A stretch of 64,000 nt of DNA from an uncultured Actinomycetota bacterium (GTDB lineage Bacteria > Actinomycetota > Actinomycetes > CAWDCV01): contig CAVSIZ010000013.1 in the NCBI GenBank assembly GCA_963728125.1, positions 98,803-162,802 on the forward strand, read 5' to 3'. Under the pieces are notes generated by a model that ran no database searches, had not been told where the DNA came from, and was given only the letters and a program-made list of their open reading frames with translations. Both the position numbers and the translations under genes were made by a program. Every line of letters begins with the position of its first letter. The first letter of the stretch is position 1. Positions 49,816 through 60,083 of this stretch are shown piece after piece.

Positions 49816-50214
49816 CTAGCTCTTGTCAGGAAACGAGTGGTGCTCGTGCACGACTACCCAGCTCTCGTCGTCCTTCCGCAGCCCGAGCGTGAGCCGTAGC
49901 CGGTTGTCCGGGTCCTTCTCGAGCTCCTCCGGCATGCCACAGCGCAGCAGCGCGTATGCGAAGGCGACGTCGTCTCCTGCAACAACGTCGAGCTCGACGA
50001 TCTCGAAGGAAGCGCCCTTCGCCTGCCACTCGAAGAACGGCGGCCAAGTCGCGCGGTAGGCGGCGATGCCGCGCACGCCGTTGTCGGGCGGCGGCACGTC
50101 GAACATCACGATGTCGTCGGCGTGATCGGCCAGGACGGTGTCCAGGTCGCCGCCGTGAACCGCTGCCGCCCAGCGCTCGATCAGCGCGCGGATATCGGTT
50201 TCGTCATTGCTCAT
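49816..50214 (-). CDS. SnoaL-like / NTF2-fold (DUF4440-type) protein
   Basis: 132 aa with an NTF2-like fold pattern. Confidence 0.55.
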   Translation of the reverse strand: MSNDETDIRALIERWAAAVHGGDLDTVLADHADDIVMFDVPPPDNGVRGIAAYRATWPPFFEWQAKGASFEIVELDVVAGDDVAFAYALLRCGMPEELEKDPDNRLRLTLGLRKDDESWVVVHEHHSFPDKS

Positions 50215-50265
50215 GCTCAGTCCCCTCGGGATCGTTGCCCTGGTTCGCGCTCGCCGGCTGGTAGG

Positions 50266-50511
50266 TCAAGACGTCCGCACCGGATCGGAAAGTGGCGGAC
50301 CGATGCGTCGGGATTGGCCGCTGCGGTGGGCCAGTACGCCGAGAGAGGTTCGTACGCCTTGCGGCCGAATCATGCCGTCCAGTGAACGCAGGGTCTCGTT
50401 GATGAACTCCTCGTATTCGTCATCGACGAAGTGCCAGTCGATGTCGTGCTTCTCGTCCTCGATGTAGCCGTCCAGCGACGCGTTGATCTGAGCAATCAGC
50501 CGTCCTGGCAT
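50266..50511 (-). pseudogene. dihydrofolate-reductase-family (RibD_C) gene remnant, frameshifted and 3'-truncated
   Basis: MPGRLIAQINASLDGYIEDEKHDIDWHFVDDEYEEFINETLRSLDGMI, then in the +1 frame FGRKAYEPLSAYWPTAAANPDAS; only about 90 of the roughly 180 expected codons fit before the next gene. Confidence 0.55.
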
Positions 50512-50565
50512 CCCTGGTCCTCCCTCATCGCGGCTTGTCGAGTAGACCGCTGTGAGAGCGAGAAC

Positions 50566-50982
50566 TCATCGCTGCGTCGGGACCAGATGAAGCCATACCA
50601 AGACGACCAGCTCGTCGTCACCGACCTCGACGTCGTCGGCTTCGCGCCAGTAGCGACGGTGACCCTCGCGCCACTCCTCGATCGACGTATCACCCTCGTT
50701 CTCGGCGGCCGCGAATTCCCACGGCACCGTGCCGAACGGCATCACCTCAACGCGGTCTACCTCCACGAGAGCGAGCCGCTGGAGCTCGTCGTCGACGAGA
50801 ACGAGCTGCTCGCCAACCTGCTCGAGCTCCTCTCCCTCGGCCGCGTAGTCGGCGAGCCTTCCCGCGGTGGCCTTCTTCTCGCCTCGGAGCACGAGGTCGT
50901 TGAGCCATTGTCGCTGGGTGCCCGGCAGCCCGAGCTCGAGAACGCGCAGCCCGTCGATACGCGGCCACACCGGCTGACTCAC
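50566..50982 (-). CDS. ASCH domain (PUA-like) protein
   Basis: 138 aa; ASCH-like beta-barrel motifs (VEVMPFGTVPWEFAAAENEG...YWRE). Confidence 0.6.
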   Translation of the reverse strand: MSQPVWPRIDGLRVLELGLPGTQRQWLNDLVLRGEKKATAGRLADYAAEGEELEQVGEQLVLVDDELQRLALVEVDRVEVMPFGTVPWEFAAAENEGDTSIEEWREGHRRYWREADDVEVGDDELVVLVWLHLVPTQR

Positions 50983-50986
50983 GCCC

Positions 50987-51883
50987 TCAAGCGGAGCCGA
51001 CGCCGGATTCGACTCGCTGCGCTTCGAGGGCGCTGTCAGCCTCCTCTGGTTTACCCGCTCGGCTACGGCTGAGCCGGCGCTCGACGTACACCGCGAGCTT
51101 GCTCAGTAGGTAGTTGATAGCGATGAAGATGACCGCGACCAGCAAGTAGGTCTGGATCGGGTTCGCGAGGTTCTGCACGATGATGTTGCCGGTACGCAGC
51201 AGCTCCTCGTAGCTGATGAACGCGCCCAGTGAGGTGTCCTTGAGCACGACGACGAGCTGGCTGATCAGGGCCGGCAGCATGATGCGGAACGCTTGAGGCA
51301 GCAGGATCATTCGCAGGGTCTGACCGCGCGTCAAGCCGATGGCGTACGCCGCCTCGGTCTGTCCCTTGGGCAGTGCGGCAACACCGGAGCGGATGATTTC
51401 GGCGATGACCACCGAGTTGTACGCCGTCAAGCCGATGACGAGGTACCACAGCAGCGGCAGGTCGACGCCAACCTCGGGCAGTACGCGGGAGGCGAAGAAG
51501 ATGGCGATGACGACGGGGATCCCGCGTAGCAGCTCGATGACTCCGACGACGGCCCAGCGATACCACCGCGCCGCGGTGATGCGAGTCACGGCCAGCAGCG
51601 TCCCGATGACCAGCGAGAAGAGCATCGCGAGTGCTGCGGCCTTCAGCGTGTTCTGCAGGCCCTGCCATAGCAGTCGCCAGACTTGCGGAAACAGCGGATC
51701 GTTCGGGTCGAAGAGTGGCGCCCACAGCGCGGCCTCGAACTGGCCCTGTTCATCCAGGCGGCGATAGACCAGGTAGGCCACCGCGAGCAGGAGGACGAGC
51801 GCGACGAGGCTGCCGATCATGATGCGTCGACGAGTCCGTGGTCCGGGTTCGTCGTAGAGAACTGCGCTCGTAGAGGTACTCAT
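50987..51883 (-). CDS. gluD: amino acid ABC transporter permease
   Basis: Polar amino acid permease with an EAA-like loop; 4-nt overlap with the upstream permease. Confidence 0.8.
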   Translation of the reverse strand: MSTSTSAVLYDEPGPRTRRRIMIGSLVALVLLLAVAYLVYRRLDEQGQFEAALWAPLFDPNDPLFPQVWRLLWQGLQNTLKAAALAMLFSLVIGTLLAVTRITAARWYRWAVVGVIELLRGIPVVIAIFFASRVLPEVGVDLPLLWYLVIGLTAYNSVVIAEIIRSGVAALPKGQTEAAYAIGLTRGQTLRMILLPQAFRIMLPALISQLVVVLKDTSLGAFISYEELLRTGNIIVQNLANPIQTYLLVAVIFIAINYLLSKLAVYVERRLSRSRAGKPEEADSALEAQRVESGVGSA

Positions 51884-52530
51884 CTCGCGATCGCCACCCG
51901 CCGCTCGAGGACGCCGAGCGCCAATCCGGCGGGGATGGTGATGGCGAGATAGCCGATCGCGACACCGGTGAACACTGGTAGCGCCGCATAGCCCTGAGCG
52001 CTGGTCAACGTCGCGCCAGCACTGAACAGGTCACCACCGACGCCGAAGGCACCGACGATCGCCGAGTTCTTGATCATGGCGATGATCACGCTGCCCAGCG
52101 GCGGGACAACCGAGCGCAGTGCCTGCGGAAGGACCACGATCTGCAGCGACTGGCCGAACGTCATACCGATCGAGCGAGCCGCTTCGGCTTGCCCCGCCGA
52201 CACGGCGTTGATGCCGCTGCGGATCGCTTCGCAGACAAACGCCGAGGTGTAGAGGATGAGCCCGGTTACCCCGAACCACAGGTACTCGCCGTTGACGCCG
52301 ATCTCCGGCAAGCCAAAGGCCACGAAGAACAGCACGACGGTCAGCGGACAGTTGCGGAAGACGTTGATCCACGACGTCCCGAACCACCGCAGGGGCGGCA
52401 CCGGACTGACCCGGAATGCCGCCAGGATGGTGCCGAGGACGAGGGAGCCGATCGCGGCGTACAGGCAGATCTGCAGCGTCTTGAGGAACCCGTTCCAGTA
52501 CAGGTCGAAGTTGTCGATGAAGACGCTCAC
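51880..52530 (-). CDS. gluC: amino acid ABC transporter permease
   Basis: 216-aa HisM/GlnP-type permease. Confidence 0.8.
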   Translation of the reverse strand: MSVFIDNFDLYWNGFLKTLQICLYAAIGSLVLGTILAAFRVSPVPPLRWFGTSWINVFRNCPLTVVLFFVAFGLPEIGVNGEYLWFGVTGLILYTSAFVCEAIRSGINAVSAGQAEAARSIGMTFGQSLQIVVLPQALRSVVPPLGSVIIAMIKNSAIVGAFGVGGDLFSAGATLTSAQGYAALPVFTGVAIGYLAITIPAGLALGVLERRVAIAR

Positions 52531-52610
52531 GTCAGGGCCTCCTCCGCAGCGGCACGCCCGGGGCGTCGGATCTCAGCGAGTCCGACGCCCCGGGACGCAT
52601 CATGCAGCCG

Positions 52611-53498
52611 TCAGGTGCAGGGGGCAGCCGCCGGCAGTTCAGGTGCCTCTTCCTGCACCTTCCCCGCGGTTTCCTCCCACGCCGTGGTGTAGGCGCTGTC
52701 ATCAGCCGCTGTCTGCAGCGTCTCGTTGATGAACTCGCAGAACGCGACGTCACCCTTGGTAATACCGATGCCGTACGGCTCCTCGGTGAACGCCTCACCC
52801 ACGAGCTCGAACTTGTCGGCGCTGGCGTCGATCAGCCCGAGCAGGATGACGTTGTCGGTCGTCACCGCATCGACCTGGCCCGTGCGCAGCGCATCGGCGC
52901 ACTTGGAGTAGACGTCGAACAGCACCAGCTGGTCAGGGCTACCGAGGTACTGCTTGATGTTCTCGCTCGGCGTCGAACCCGTGACCGAGCACACCTTCGC
53001 GCCGTTGGTCTTGAACGAGTCGGGGCCGGTGATGTCCTTCGGGTTGTCCGCGAGGACCATGATGTCTTGGCCGGCCACGTAGTACGGGCCAGCGAAGGAG
53101 ATCCGCTCCTTGCGCTTGTCGTTGATCGTGTAGGTCGCGACGACCATGTCCGCGCGCTTCTGCTCGATGACCTCTTCGCGAATCGCCGACGGGGTCTCGA
53201 TGTAATTGATGTTCTCCGGGCTGATGCCCATCGCGCCGGCGATGATCTTCGCGATCTCGACGTCGAAGCCCTGCGGCTTGCCGTCCAAGCCCTTGAGCCC
53301 GAACAGCGGCTGGTCGAACTTCGTCCCGACCGTGATCGAGCCCTTCTCCGACAGCGTCGCCATCGTCGTGCCAGCCTCGAACGTCGGGGCTGACTCGACC
53401 TCGGTCTCGGGTTCGGCCGAGTCGTCACTGCCACATGCCGCCAGCGTGAGCGACAGCGCTACCGCTGCAGCCGCCGCTGCGATCCTTCGTACCCGCAT
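52611..53498 (-). CDS. gluB: amino acid ABC transporter substrate-binding lipoprotein
   Basis: Lipobox LTLAAC; family 3 SBP fold. Confidence 0.8.
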   Translation of the reverse strand: MRVRRIAAAAAAVALSLTLAACGSDDSAEPETEVESAPTFEAGTTMATLSEKGSITVGTKFDQPLFGLKGLDGKPQGFDVEIAKIIAGAMGISPENINYIETPSAIREEVIEQKRADMVVATYTINDKRKERISFAGPYYVAGQDIMVLADNPKDITGPDSFKTNGAKVCSVTGSTPSENIKQYLGSPDQLVLFDVYSKCADALRTGQVDAVTTDNVILLGLIDASADKFELVGEAFTEEPYGIGITKGDVAFCEFINETLQTAADDSAYTTAWEETAGKVQEEAPELPAAAPCT

Positions 53499-53544
53499 CT
53501 CGTACGCACCTTCCTTGTGAGTTTTGTGCTGTACGCAACTTCCG

Positions 53545-54309
53545 TCAGTGAGTCAAGATCTTGGACAGGAAGTCCTTTGCACGGTCCGTCGACGGCGTCG
53601 TGAAGAACGCCTCGGGGGCCTGCTCCTCGACGATCTTGCCGTCGGCCATGAACACGACGCGATTGGCCGCACGCCGTGCGAAGCCCATCTCGTGGGTGAT
53701 GACCACCATCGTCATGCCATCGCGGGCGAGCGATGTCATGACGTCGAGGACCTCGTTGATCATCTCGGGGTCGAGAGCGGACGTGGGCTCGTCGAACAAC
53801 AGGACCTTGGGATCCATCGCCAACGCCCGCGCGATGGCTACCCGCTGCTGCTGGCCGCCGGACAACTGAGCCGGATATTTGTCGGCCTGGTTGCCGACGC
53901 CCACCCGGTCCAGCAACTCGCGGCCGCGCTTCTCTGCGGCGGCTTTGTTCAGGCCGCGGACTTTGATGGGGCCGAGCGTGACGTTCTCGAGCACGGTCTT
54001 GTGGGCGAACAGGTTGAACGACTGGAAGACCATGCCGACGTCGGAGCGCAGCCGAGCAAGGTCCTTGCCTTCCTTCGGCAGCGGCTTGCCGTCGACTTCG
54101 ATGTTTCCCGAGCTGATCGTCTCGAGCCTGTTGATCGCCCGGCACAGCGTCGACTTGCCGGAGCCTGACGGGCCGATCACGACGACGACCTCGCCGTGGT
54201 GAACCGTGAGATCGATGTCCTGCAGGACATGCAGGTCACCGAAGTACTTGTTGACCTTCTCGAGCACGACCAGCGGTTCGCCGGTGGGCGGGGTGGCATC
54301 TTTCCCCAT
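53545..54309 (-). CDS. gluA: amino acid ABC transporter ATP-binding protein
   Basis: Walker [10 protein letters not shown]; signature [15 protein letters not shown]; Walker [12 protein letters not shown]; the start is MGKDATPP (the long upstream ORF extension is spurious). Confidence 0.85.
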   Translation of the reverse strand: MGKDATPPTGEPLVVLEKVNKYFGDLHVLQDIDLTVHHGEVVVVIGPSGSGKSTLCRAINRLETISSGNIEVDGKPLPKEGKDLARLRSDVGMVFQSFNLFAHKTVLENVTLGPIKVRGLNKAAAEKRGRELLDRVGVGNQADKYPAQLSGGQQQRVAIARALAMDPKVLLFDEPTSALDPEMINEVLDVMTSLARDGMTMVVITHEMGFARRAANRVVFMADGKIVEEQAPEAFFTTPSTDRAKDFLSKILTH

Positions 54310-54471
54310 CTCGCCCTGCTCGGAAGTTACTGTCACATCGGGCAAACTACCTGCCCGGCTGCTGGCGGAGTACCGCTGGGCGATCACGGTACGGATACGG
54401 CCACCGTCCCTGGGCTCGCTGTCGCTTCCTCGCTTCGCTCGTCGCTGCGCTCGCCATACCCTGGCCTGGAC

Positions 54472-55935
54472 ATGCCCACCTACGAGATCCGCACCTACGG
54501 GTGCCAGATGAACGCGCACGACTCCGAGCGGCTCGCCGGCCTGCTCGAGGAGGCCGGGTACGCGCGCACGTCTGGACTGCCCGCTGGCGACGCAGACGAC
54601 CCGCACGTGGTCGTCTTCAACACCTGTGCGGTCCGGGAGAACGCCGACAACCGGCTGTACGGCAACCTCGGCCACCTCGCGCCGGTCAAGGCGGCGCATC
54701 CTGGCATGCAGATCGCGGTGGGCGGCTGCCTGGCGCAGAAGGACCGCGGAGAGATCCTGCGGCGTGCGCCGTGGGTCGACGTGGTCTTCGGCACCCACAA
54801 CATCGGCTCGCTCCCGGCACTGCTGGAGCGGGCGCGGCACAACGCCGAGGCACAGCTGGAGATCCTCGAGTCGCTCGACGTCTTCCCCTCGACGCTGCCG
54901 ACACGCCGCGAGTCGCCGTACGCCGCCTGGGTGTCGATTGCGGTCGGCTGCAACAACACCTGCACGTTCTGCATCGTCCCCGCACTGCGCGGGAGGGAGA
55001 AGGATCGGCGTCCGGGGGAGATCCTGCGGGAGATCTCGGCGCTGGTCGACGAGGGCGTCCTCGAGGTGACGCTGCTCGGGCAGAATGTCAACTCTTACGG
55101 CGCGGAGTTCGGCGACCGGCTGGCGTTCGGAAAGTTGCTGCGAGCGTGCGGCTCCATCGACGGGTTGGAACGCGTGCGGTTCACCTCGCCGCACCCGAAG
55201 GACTTCACGGACGACGTCATCGCGGCGATGGCCGAGACGCCGAACGTCATGCCACAGCTGCATATGCCGCTGCAGTCGGGGTCGGACCGCGTGCTGCGGG
55301 CAATGCGCCGCTCGTACCGGCAGGATCGCTATCTCGGCATCCTTTCTCGGGTGCGCGCGGCGATGCCGGATGCCGCGATCACTACCGACATCATCGTCGG
55401 GTTTCCTGGCGAGACCGAGGACGACTTCGAGCAGACGCTGCACGTCGTACGCGAGGCGCGCTTCGCCGGCGCCTACACGTTCCAGTATTCGAAGCGACCG
55501 GGCACCCCCGCGGCGTCACTGCCCGATCAGGTGCCGCGCGACGTCGTGCAGGAGCGGTACGAGCGACTGGTCGCGCTCGTCGAGGATGTGGCCTGGGAAG
55601 AGAACAAGAAGCAGGTCGGTCGACGCGTCGACGTGCTCGTCGCTGAGGGAGAGGGGCGCAAAGACGCCGCGACGCTGCGGTTGTCGGGGCGTGCTCCAGA
55701 CAATCGGCTCGTCCACTTCACGCCGGGCGAAGCCGGTCCGCGACCCGGCGACGTCGTCACGGTCGAGATCACGTATGCGGCGCCGCACCACCTCGTTGCC
55801 GACGGCGAGGTCGTGCAGGTGCGTCGTACCCGAGCTGGCGACGCCTGGGCCGCCCGCACAACGCCAGCGCGCTCTGGTGTCTCCCTCGGCATGCCCACGA
55901 TGTCGCGCACTGCGGCTGGATCGGCTGGGTGCTAG
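54472..55935 (+). CDS. miaB: tRNA-2-methylthio-N6-dimethylallyladenosine synthase MiaB
   Basis: [20 protein letters not shown]-terminus; radical [11 protein letters not shown]; TRAM domain. Confidence 0.9.
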   Translation: MPTYEIRTYGCQMNAHDSERLAGLLEEAGYARTSGLPAGDADDPHVVVFNTCAVRENADNRLYGNLGHLAPVKAAHPGMQIAVGGCLAQKDRGEILRRAPWVDVVFGTHNIGSLPALLERARHNAEAQLEILESLDVFPSTLPTRRESPYAAWVSIAVGCNNTCTFCIVPALRGREKDRRPGEILREISALVDEGVLEVTLLGQNVNSYGAEFGDRLAFGKLLRACGSIDGLERVRFTSPHPKDFTDDVIAAMAETPNVMPQLHMPLQSGSDRVLRAMRRSYRQDRYLGILSRVRAAMPDAAITTDIIVGFPGETEDDFEQTLHVVREARFAGAYTFQYSKRPGTPAASLPDQVPRDVVQERYERLVALVEDVAWEENKKQVGRRVDVLVAEGEGRKDAATLRLSGRAPDNRLVHFTPGEAGPRPGDVVTVEITYAAPHHLVADGEVVQVRRTRAGDAWAARTTPARSGVSLGMPTMSRTAAGSAGC

Positions 55936-57134
55936 CGGTTGAGGGACTCCTCGGCCTGAGCAAGCCAGCCACGTTGAGTCGCCAGCGTCTCCTCGATCCG
56001 CGCCACGTCGGCGGCACGGCCCGCAGTGCGGGCGCCGTCGAGCTGGCGCTCCAGCTTGGTGACGGACTCGCGGAGCCGGGTGACGAGCGGGTTCGTTTCC
56101 GCGCTGGGACGGGACACGGCAGTGTCGGCGGCGGCTCGGATCCGATCCTCAGCAGCGCGCAGTCGGGCATCAAGACTCGCCATCGCCTCGCGCGGAACCC
56201 GGCCGGCCTTGTCCCACCGCTCGTGAATGTCGCGCATCGACCGACGGGCGCCCTCGAGGTCGCGGCTCGGATCGAGCGCCACCGCTTCAGCGAGTAGCGC
56301 CTCCTTGGCGGCCAGGTTGTTGCGTAGGCCCGCCTCTCGTTCGGCGAACACCGCAGAGCGGCGGGCGAAGAATGCGTCCTGCGCGGCGCGGAACCGCTTC
56401 CATAGCGCCTCTTCCGAGTCGCGCTGCGCGCGCCCGGCCGCCTTCCACTCCTGCATGAGCTGCTTGAGCCGGTTGGCCGTCGCCTGCCACTCCGACGATT
56501 CGGCGAGCTGCTCGGCCTCGACGACGAGTTCCTCCTTGCGCGCCGCGGCCTCCTTGCGCTGCTGATCCAGGGTCGCGAAGTGCGCTCCGCGGTGACGCTC
56601 GAACGTGCTCCGCGCCGCGCGGATCCGCTTCCACAGCTCGTCGTCGGTGTGCCGATCGAGGCCGGGGACCGTCCGCCACGAATCGGCGATCTCCTTGAGC
56701 CGATCGCCGGCTGACTTCCACTGCGTGCTCTCCGCGAGCTGCTCTGCTTCCTCGGCCCAGCCCTGCTTGGTCTGCTGCGCCTGAACCCGAGCTTCCGCCC
56801 GCGCGGCCGACTCAGCCTCGATGCGCGCCTCGATCGCGCCGCACACACCATCGATCCGGCGAGCCAAGCCGTCCAAGTCACCTACGGCGTTGACCGTGTC
56901 GAGGGACTGCTTCAGCTTGCCAGCGCTGCGCAGCATGGCTCGCGCGTCGCCGGTGCGGGCGCGGGTGCGCTGCTCGAGCAACTCCACCTCGGTGACGAGA
57001 GCATCGAACCGGCGGGAGAAATGCTCGAGGCCCGAGCCTGGATCACCGGCGTGCCACGAGCCGACGGCACGCTCGCCGGCGGACGTGCGCACGTACACGG
57101 TGCCGTCCTCGGCGACTCGGCCCCACTGGCTCAC
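55932..57134 (-). CDS. DUF349 domain protein (Ala/Arg-rich repeat protein)
   Basis: Repeated [14 protein letters not shown] / [14 protein letters not shown] units typical of DUF349. Confidence 0.7.
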   Translation of the reverse strand: MSQWGRVAEDGTVYVRTSAGERAVGSWHAGDPGSGLEHFSRRFDALVTEVELLEQRTRARTGDARAMLRSAGKLKQSLDTVNAVGDLDGLARRIDGVCGAIEARIEAESAARAEARVQAQQTKQGWAEEAEQLAESTQWKSAGDRLKEIADSWRTVPGLDRHTDDELWKRIRAARSTFERHRGAHFATLDQQRKEAAARKEELVVEAEQLAESSEWQATANRLKQLMQEWKAAGRAQRDSEEALWKRFRAAQDAFFARRSAVFAEREAGLRNNLAAKEALLAEAVALDPSRDLEGARRSMRDIHERWDKAGRVPREAMASLDARLRAAEDRIRAAADTAVSRPSAETNPLVTRLRESVTKLERQLDGARTAGRAADVARIEETLATQRGWLAQAEESLNR

Positions 57135-57181
57135 GTACTCATCCCATCACAGCGCACGGGTGTCGCGGGTAGCGTCCGGTC

Positions 57182-57889
57182 GTGCTCGTGTCAGCTGCGG
57201 TGTGCCCGCATCCGCCCCTCATGGTGCCCGAGCTTGCCGCGGGCGCGGCGACCGAGCTGGACGCGCTGCGCGCGGCGTGCGACGACGCTGTCCAGGGGAT
57301 GGTGGACAGCGGGCCCGATCTGGTCGTTGCGGTGGGCCCCGATGTCGAGGGTTCGGGGGTACGCGAATTCCCGGCTGACGCCTACGGCAGCTTCGCTGCG
57401 TACGGCGTCGATATCGGCGTCGGTTCGCCTTATCCCGGCCAGCAACCGTTACCGCTGTCGCTCACTGTCGGTGCGTGGTTGCTGCGGCGTTGCGCGTGGG
57501 ACGGACAGCCGTTGTTCGTGGCCCTCGGCACCGACGTCGACCCAGACACCTGCGTGGGAATGGGCAAGCAGCTCGCGCAGGGCGCGGATCGAGTTGCGTT
57601 GCTCGTCCTGGGCGACGGCAGCGCGCGGCGCAGCGAGAAGGCTCCGGGCTACGTTGACGCGCGCGCGGTTCCATACGACTCGGAGATCAGACGCGCACTC
57701 GAGCTCGGTGACGTCCGCGCGCTCGCAGAGCTGGACCCAGAGGTGTCGGCGGAGCTACTGGTGGGTGGGCGGACCGCGTGGCAGGTGCTGGCCGGTGCAG
57801 CAGAGGGTCTCGACGTCAACGCGACCCTGTTGGCTCAGGAGTCTCCCTACGGCGTCGCATACGTCGTCGCCTCCTGGGTCGTGTCGTGA
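57182..57889 (+). CDS. LigB/MEMO1-like (class III extradiol dioxygenase-like) family protein
   Basis: N-terminal AVCPHPPLMVPEL motif. Confidence 0.45.
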   Translation: MLVSAAVCPHPPLMVPELAAGAATELDALRAACDDAVQGMVDSGPDLVVAVGPDVEGSGVREFPADAYGSFAAYGVDIGVGSPYPGQQPLPLSLTVGAWLLRRCAWDGQPLFVALGTDVDPDTCVGMGKQLAQGADRVALLVLGDGSARRSEKAPGYVDARAVPYDSEIRRALELGDVRALAELDPEVSAELLVGGRTAWQVLAGAAEGLDVNATLLAQESPYGVAYVVASWVVS

Positions 57890-58800
57890 CGAGAGTGGTT
57901 GCGGTCGTCGGCCCAACGGCTGCAGGAAAGTCCGACCTCGCCATCGAGCTGGCGCGAACCCTTGACGGCGATGTCATCAATGCCGACAGCATGCAGCTGT
58001 ATCGGGGCATGGACATCGGCACCGCGAAGGTGCCGCGCGACCAGTGGTCTGGTGTGCCGCATCACCTGCTCGATGTCTGGGACGTCACACAGACTGCGAG
58101 CGTCGCGGAGTACCAGCGGTTGGCACGTGACGCGATCGGCATGCTCCGCGCCGTTGGTCGAGTACCGGTGCTCGCGGGCGGTTCCGGACTGTACGTACGC
58201 GCCGCGCTCGACGATCTCGACTTCCCCGGCACCGATGCCGCGTTGCGTACGCAGCTCGAGCGGGAGCTGGATGAGAAGGGCTCGGCCTCTCTGCACGACC
58301 GACTCGCGGCGGCAGATCCCGTTGCGGCACAGACAATTCTGCCCAGCAACGGTCGCCGCATCGTCCGAGCGCTCGAAGTGGTGCTGCTGACCGGCGAGCC
58401 GTTTGCGGCGTCGTTGCCGTCGCCGACCTACGTGATCGACGACACGGTTCAGATCGGTCTCAGCGTTCCGCGCGACCGATTGGATCAGCGCATCGACCAT
58501 CGGGTGACAGTCATGTGGCAGTCCGGGTTCGTCGACGAGGTTCGTCGACTGGAAGCAGCGGGGCTTCGCCAGGGGCGGACGGCGAGCCGAGCCCTGGGTT
58601 ACGCGCAGGTGCTGCGCTTCCTCGCGGGTCAGGGAACCGAGGAGGCGGCAAAAGCGGAAACGATTCGGGCGACGCGGCGGTTCGCGCGCCGACAGGACTC
58701 GTGGTTTCGACGCGATCCGCGGGTGACATGGCTGGCGTACGACCGGCCGGACCTGCTCGACGCCGCGGTGGCTGTGGTGCGCAGCGCCGTACCCTCGTGA
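57886..58800 (+). CDS. miaA: tRNA dimethylallyltransferase MiaA
   Basis: P-loop VVGPTAAGKSDLAIELA; the GTG start overlaps the upstream stop (GTGA). Confidence 0.9.
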   Translation: MTRVVAVVGPTAAGKSDLAIELARTLDGDVINADSMQLYRGMDIGTAKVPRDQWSGVPHHLLDVWDVTQTASVAEYQRLARDAIGMLRAVGRVPVLAGGSGLYVRAALDDLDFPGTDAALRTQLERELDEKGSASLHDRLAAADPVAAQTILPSNGRRIVRALEVVLLTGEPFAASLPSPTYVIDDTVQIGLSVPRDRLDQRIDHRVTVMWQSGFVDEVRRLEAAGLRQGRTASRALGYAQVLRFLAGQGTEEAAKAETIRATRRFARRQDSWFRRDPRVTWLAYDRPDLLDAAVAVVRSAVPS

Positions 58801-58803
58801 GCC

Positions 58804-59646
58804 GTGCGGTTCGTCAAGGGGCATGGGACCGGAAACGACTTCGTCGTGCTCGTCGATCCGGAGCGACGTGTCGATCTGACTCCGGATCTCGTCCGACGCA
58901 TCTGCGACCGGCGGCGCGGCATCGGCGGTGACGGCGTCCTACGCGCCGTGCTCTCGGCCACGGACCCCGAGGGTTCGGTGATGTCCGATGCAGCGCGCTG
59001 GTTCATGGACTACCGGAACGCCGATGGCAGCGTCGCGGAGATGTGCGGGAACGGCATCCGCGTCTTCGCACGGTTTCTGGTCGACAGCTGGTTCGAGCCG
59101 GCCGGTGAGCTGCGCATCGCAACTCGCGCAGGGGTGAAGACGACGAACGTCGACCCGATAGGCGACGTGATGGTGAACCTCGGCCCGGCAGAGCTGCCGC
59201 ACGTGCCTGGCGCCGAGACTCACGTCGGACCACGTACCTGGCCGGTGACTGCAGTCGCGATGCCGAACCCGCATGCCGTGGCTTTCGTGAAGGACCTGGA
59301 CGATGCCGGCGATCTCGCGTCTGCACCGGCAGTCTCGCCCTCGTCGGCCTTTCCTGACGGAGTCAACGTGGAGTTCGTCGTCGTTCGAGGCACCGCTCAC
59401 GCTGCCATGCGCGTGCACGAGCGCGGGGTGGGGGAGACGGACTCCTGCGGAACGGGAGCGGCAGCGGCGATCGTCGCCACCCGCCGGCGGCTGGGAGCCG
59501 AGGCACCCCGCACCTGGCAGCTCGACGTTCGCGGCGGCACGCTCGTTGTGACTGAACGGGTCGACGATTCGGTGGAACTGAGAGGTCCGGCCGTCCTCGT
59601 GGCCGCGGGTGAGCTGAGCGAATCCTGGTTGGCCGGGAAGGACTGA
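58804..59646 (+). CDS. dapF: diaminopimelate epimerase
   Basis: (M)RFVKGHGTGNDFVV N-terminus and two catalytic Cys regions (EMCGNG, SCGTGA). Confidence 0.9.
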   Translation: MRFVKGHGTGNDFVVLVDPERRVDLTPDLVRRICDRRRGIGGDGVLRAVLSATDPEGSVMSDAARWFMDYRNADGSVAEMCGNGIRVFARFLVDSWFEPAGELRIATRAGVKTTNVDPIGDVMVNLGPAELPHVPGAETHVGPRTWPVTAVAMPNPHAVAFVKDLDDAGDLASAPAVSPSSAFPDGVNVEFVVVRGTAHAAMRVHERGVGETDSCGTGAAAAIVATRRRLGAEAPRTWQLDVRGGTLVVTERVDDSVELRGPAVLVAAGELSESWLAGKD

Positions 59647-59689
59647 CCAGATTTATTCAACTGACTGGTTGACAATCCCGTTCTCTCCT

Positions 59690-59721
59690 CGCTAGTTTAT
59701 CAACCGTTCGGTTGAATACTC
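59690..59721. promoter_or_regulatory. putative ArsR operator palindromes upstream of the ArsR gene at 59739
   Basis: tcaaccg-tt-cggttga is a perfect palindrome, and an upstream tcaac-tgactg-gttga lies in the 59650-59700 region. Confidence 0.4.
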
Positions 59722-59738
59722 GCGAGGAGGGGATCGAC

Positions 59739-60083
59739 ATGGAGGATCGCCTGTCGCGAGTGTTCTCCGCCCTCGCCGACCCGACCCGGCGCGACATCGT
59801 CGCCCGGCTCGCGGTCGGGGATGCGACGGTCGGCCAGCTGGCCGAGCCGTACGACGTCTCGATCCAGGCGGTCTCCAAGCACCTCAAGGTCCTGGAGGAC
59901 GCCGGCCTCGTCAGCCGTACACGCGACGCACAGCGTCGACCCTGCCATCTGGAAGCCGAGGTGTTCGACCTCATGACGAAGTGGATCGAGCGGTATCGCC
60001 AACAGGCCGAGGAACGGTTCCAGCGTCTCGACGAAGTCCTCGCCGAGATGACAAACGACCCCGGGAAGGGAGCACCATCATGA
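59739..60083 (+). CDS. ArsR/SmtB family transcriptional regulator (second copy)
   Basis: LADPTRRDIVARL...VGQLAEPYDVSIQAVSKHLKVLEDAGLV. Confidence 0.8.
   Translation: MEDRLSRVFSALADPTRRDIVARLAVGDATVGQLAEPYDVSIQAVSKHLKVLEDAGLVSRTRDAQRRPCHLEAEVFDLMTKWIERYRQQAEERFQRLDEVLAEMTNDPGKGAPS

Noticed and set aside
53545-55443. 632-aa extension of the gluA ORF upstream of MGKDATPP
   Set aside because: The upstream 378 codons are Arg-rich, overlap miaB on the opposite strand, and no ABC ATPase needs them. The Walker A region begins about 45 aa after MGKD
55769-56881. 370-aa minus-strand ORF overlapping the DUF349 gene out of frame
   Set aside because: The DUF349 frame shows repeated conserved ELWKR/ALWKR units, and this frame is Ser/Arg-rich noise
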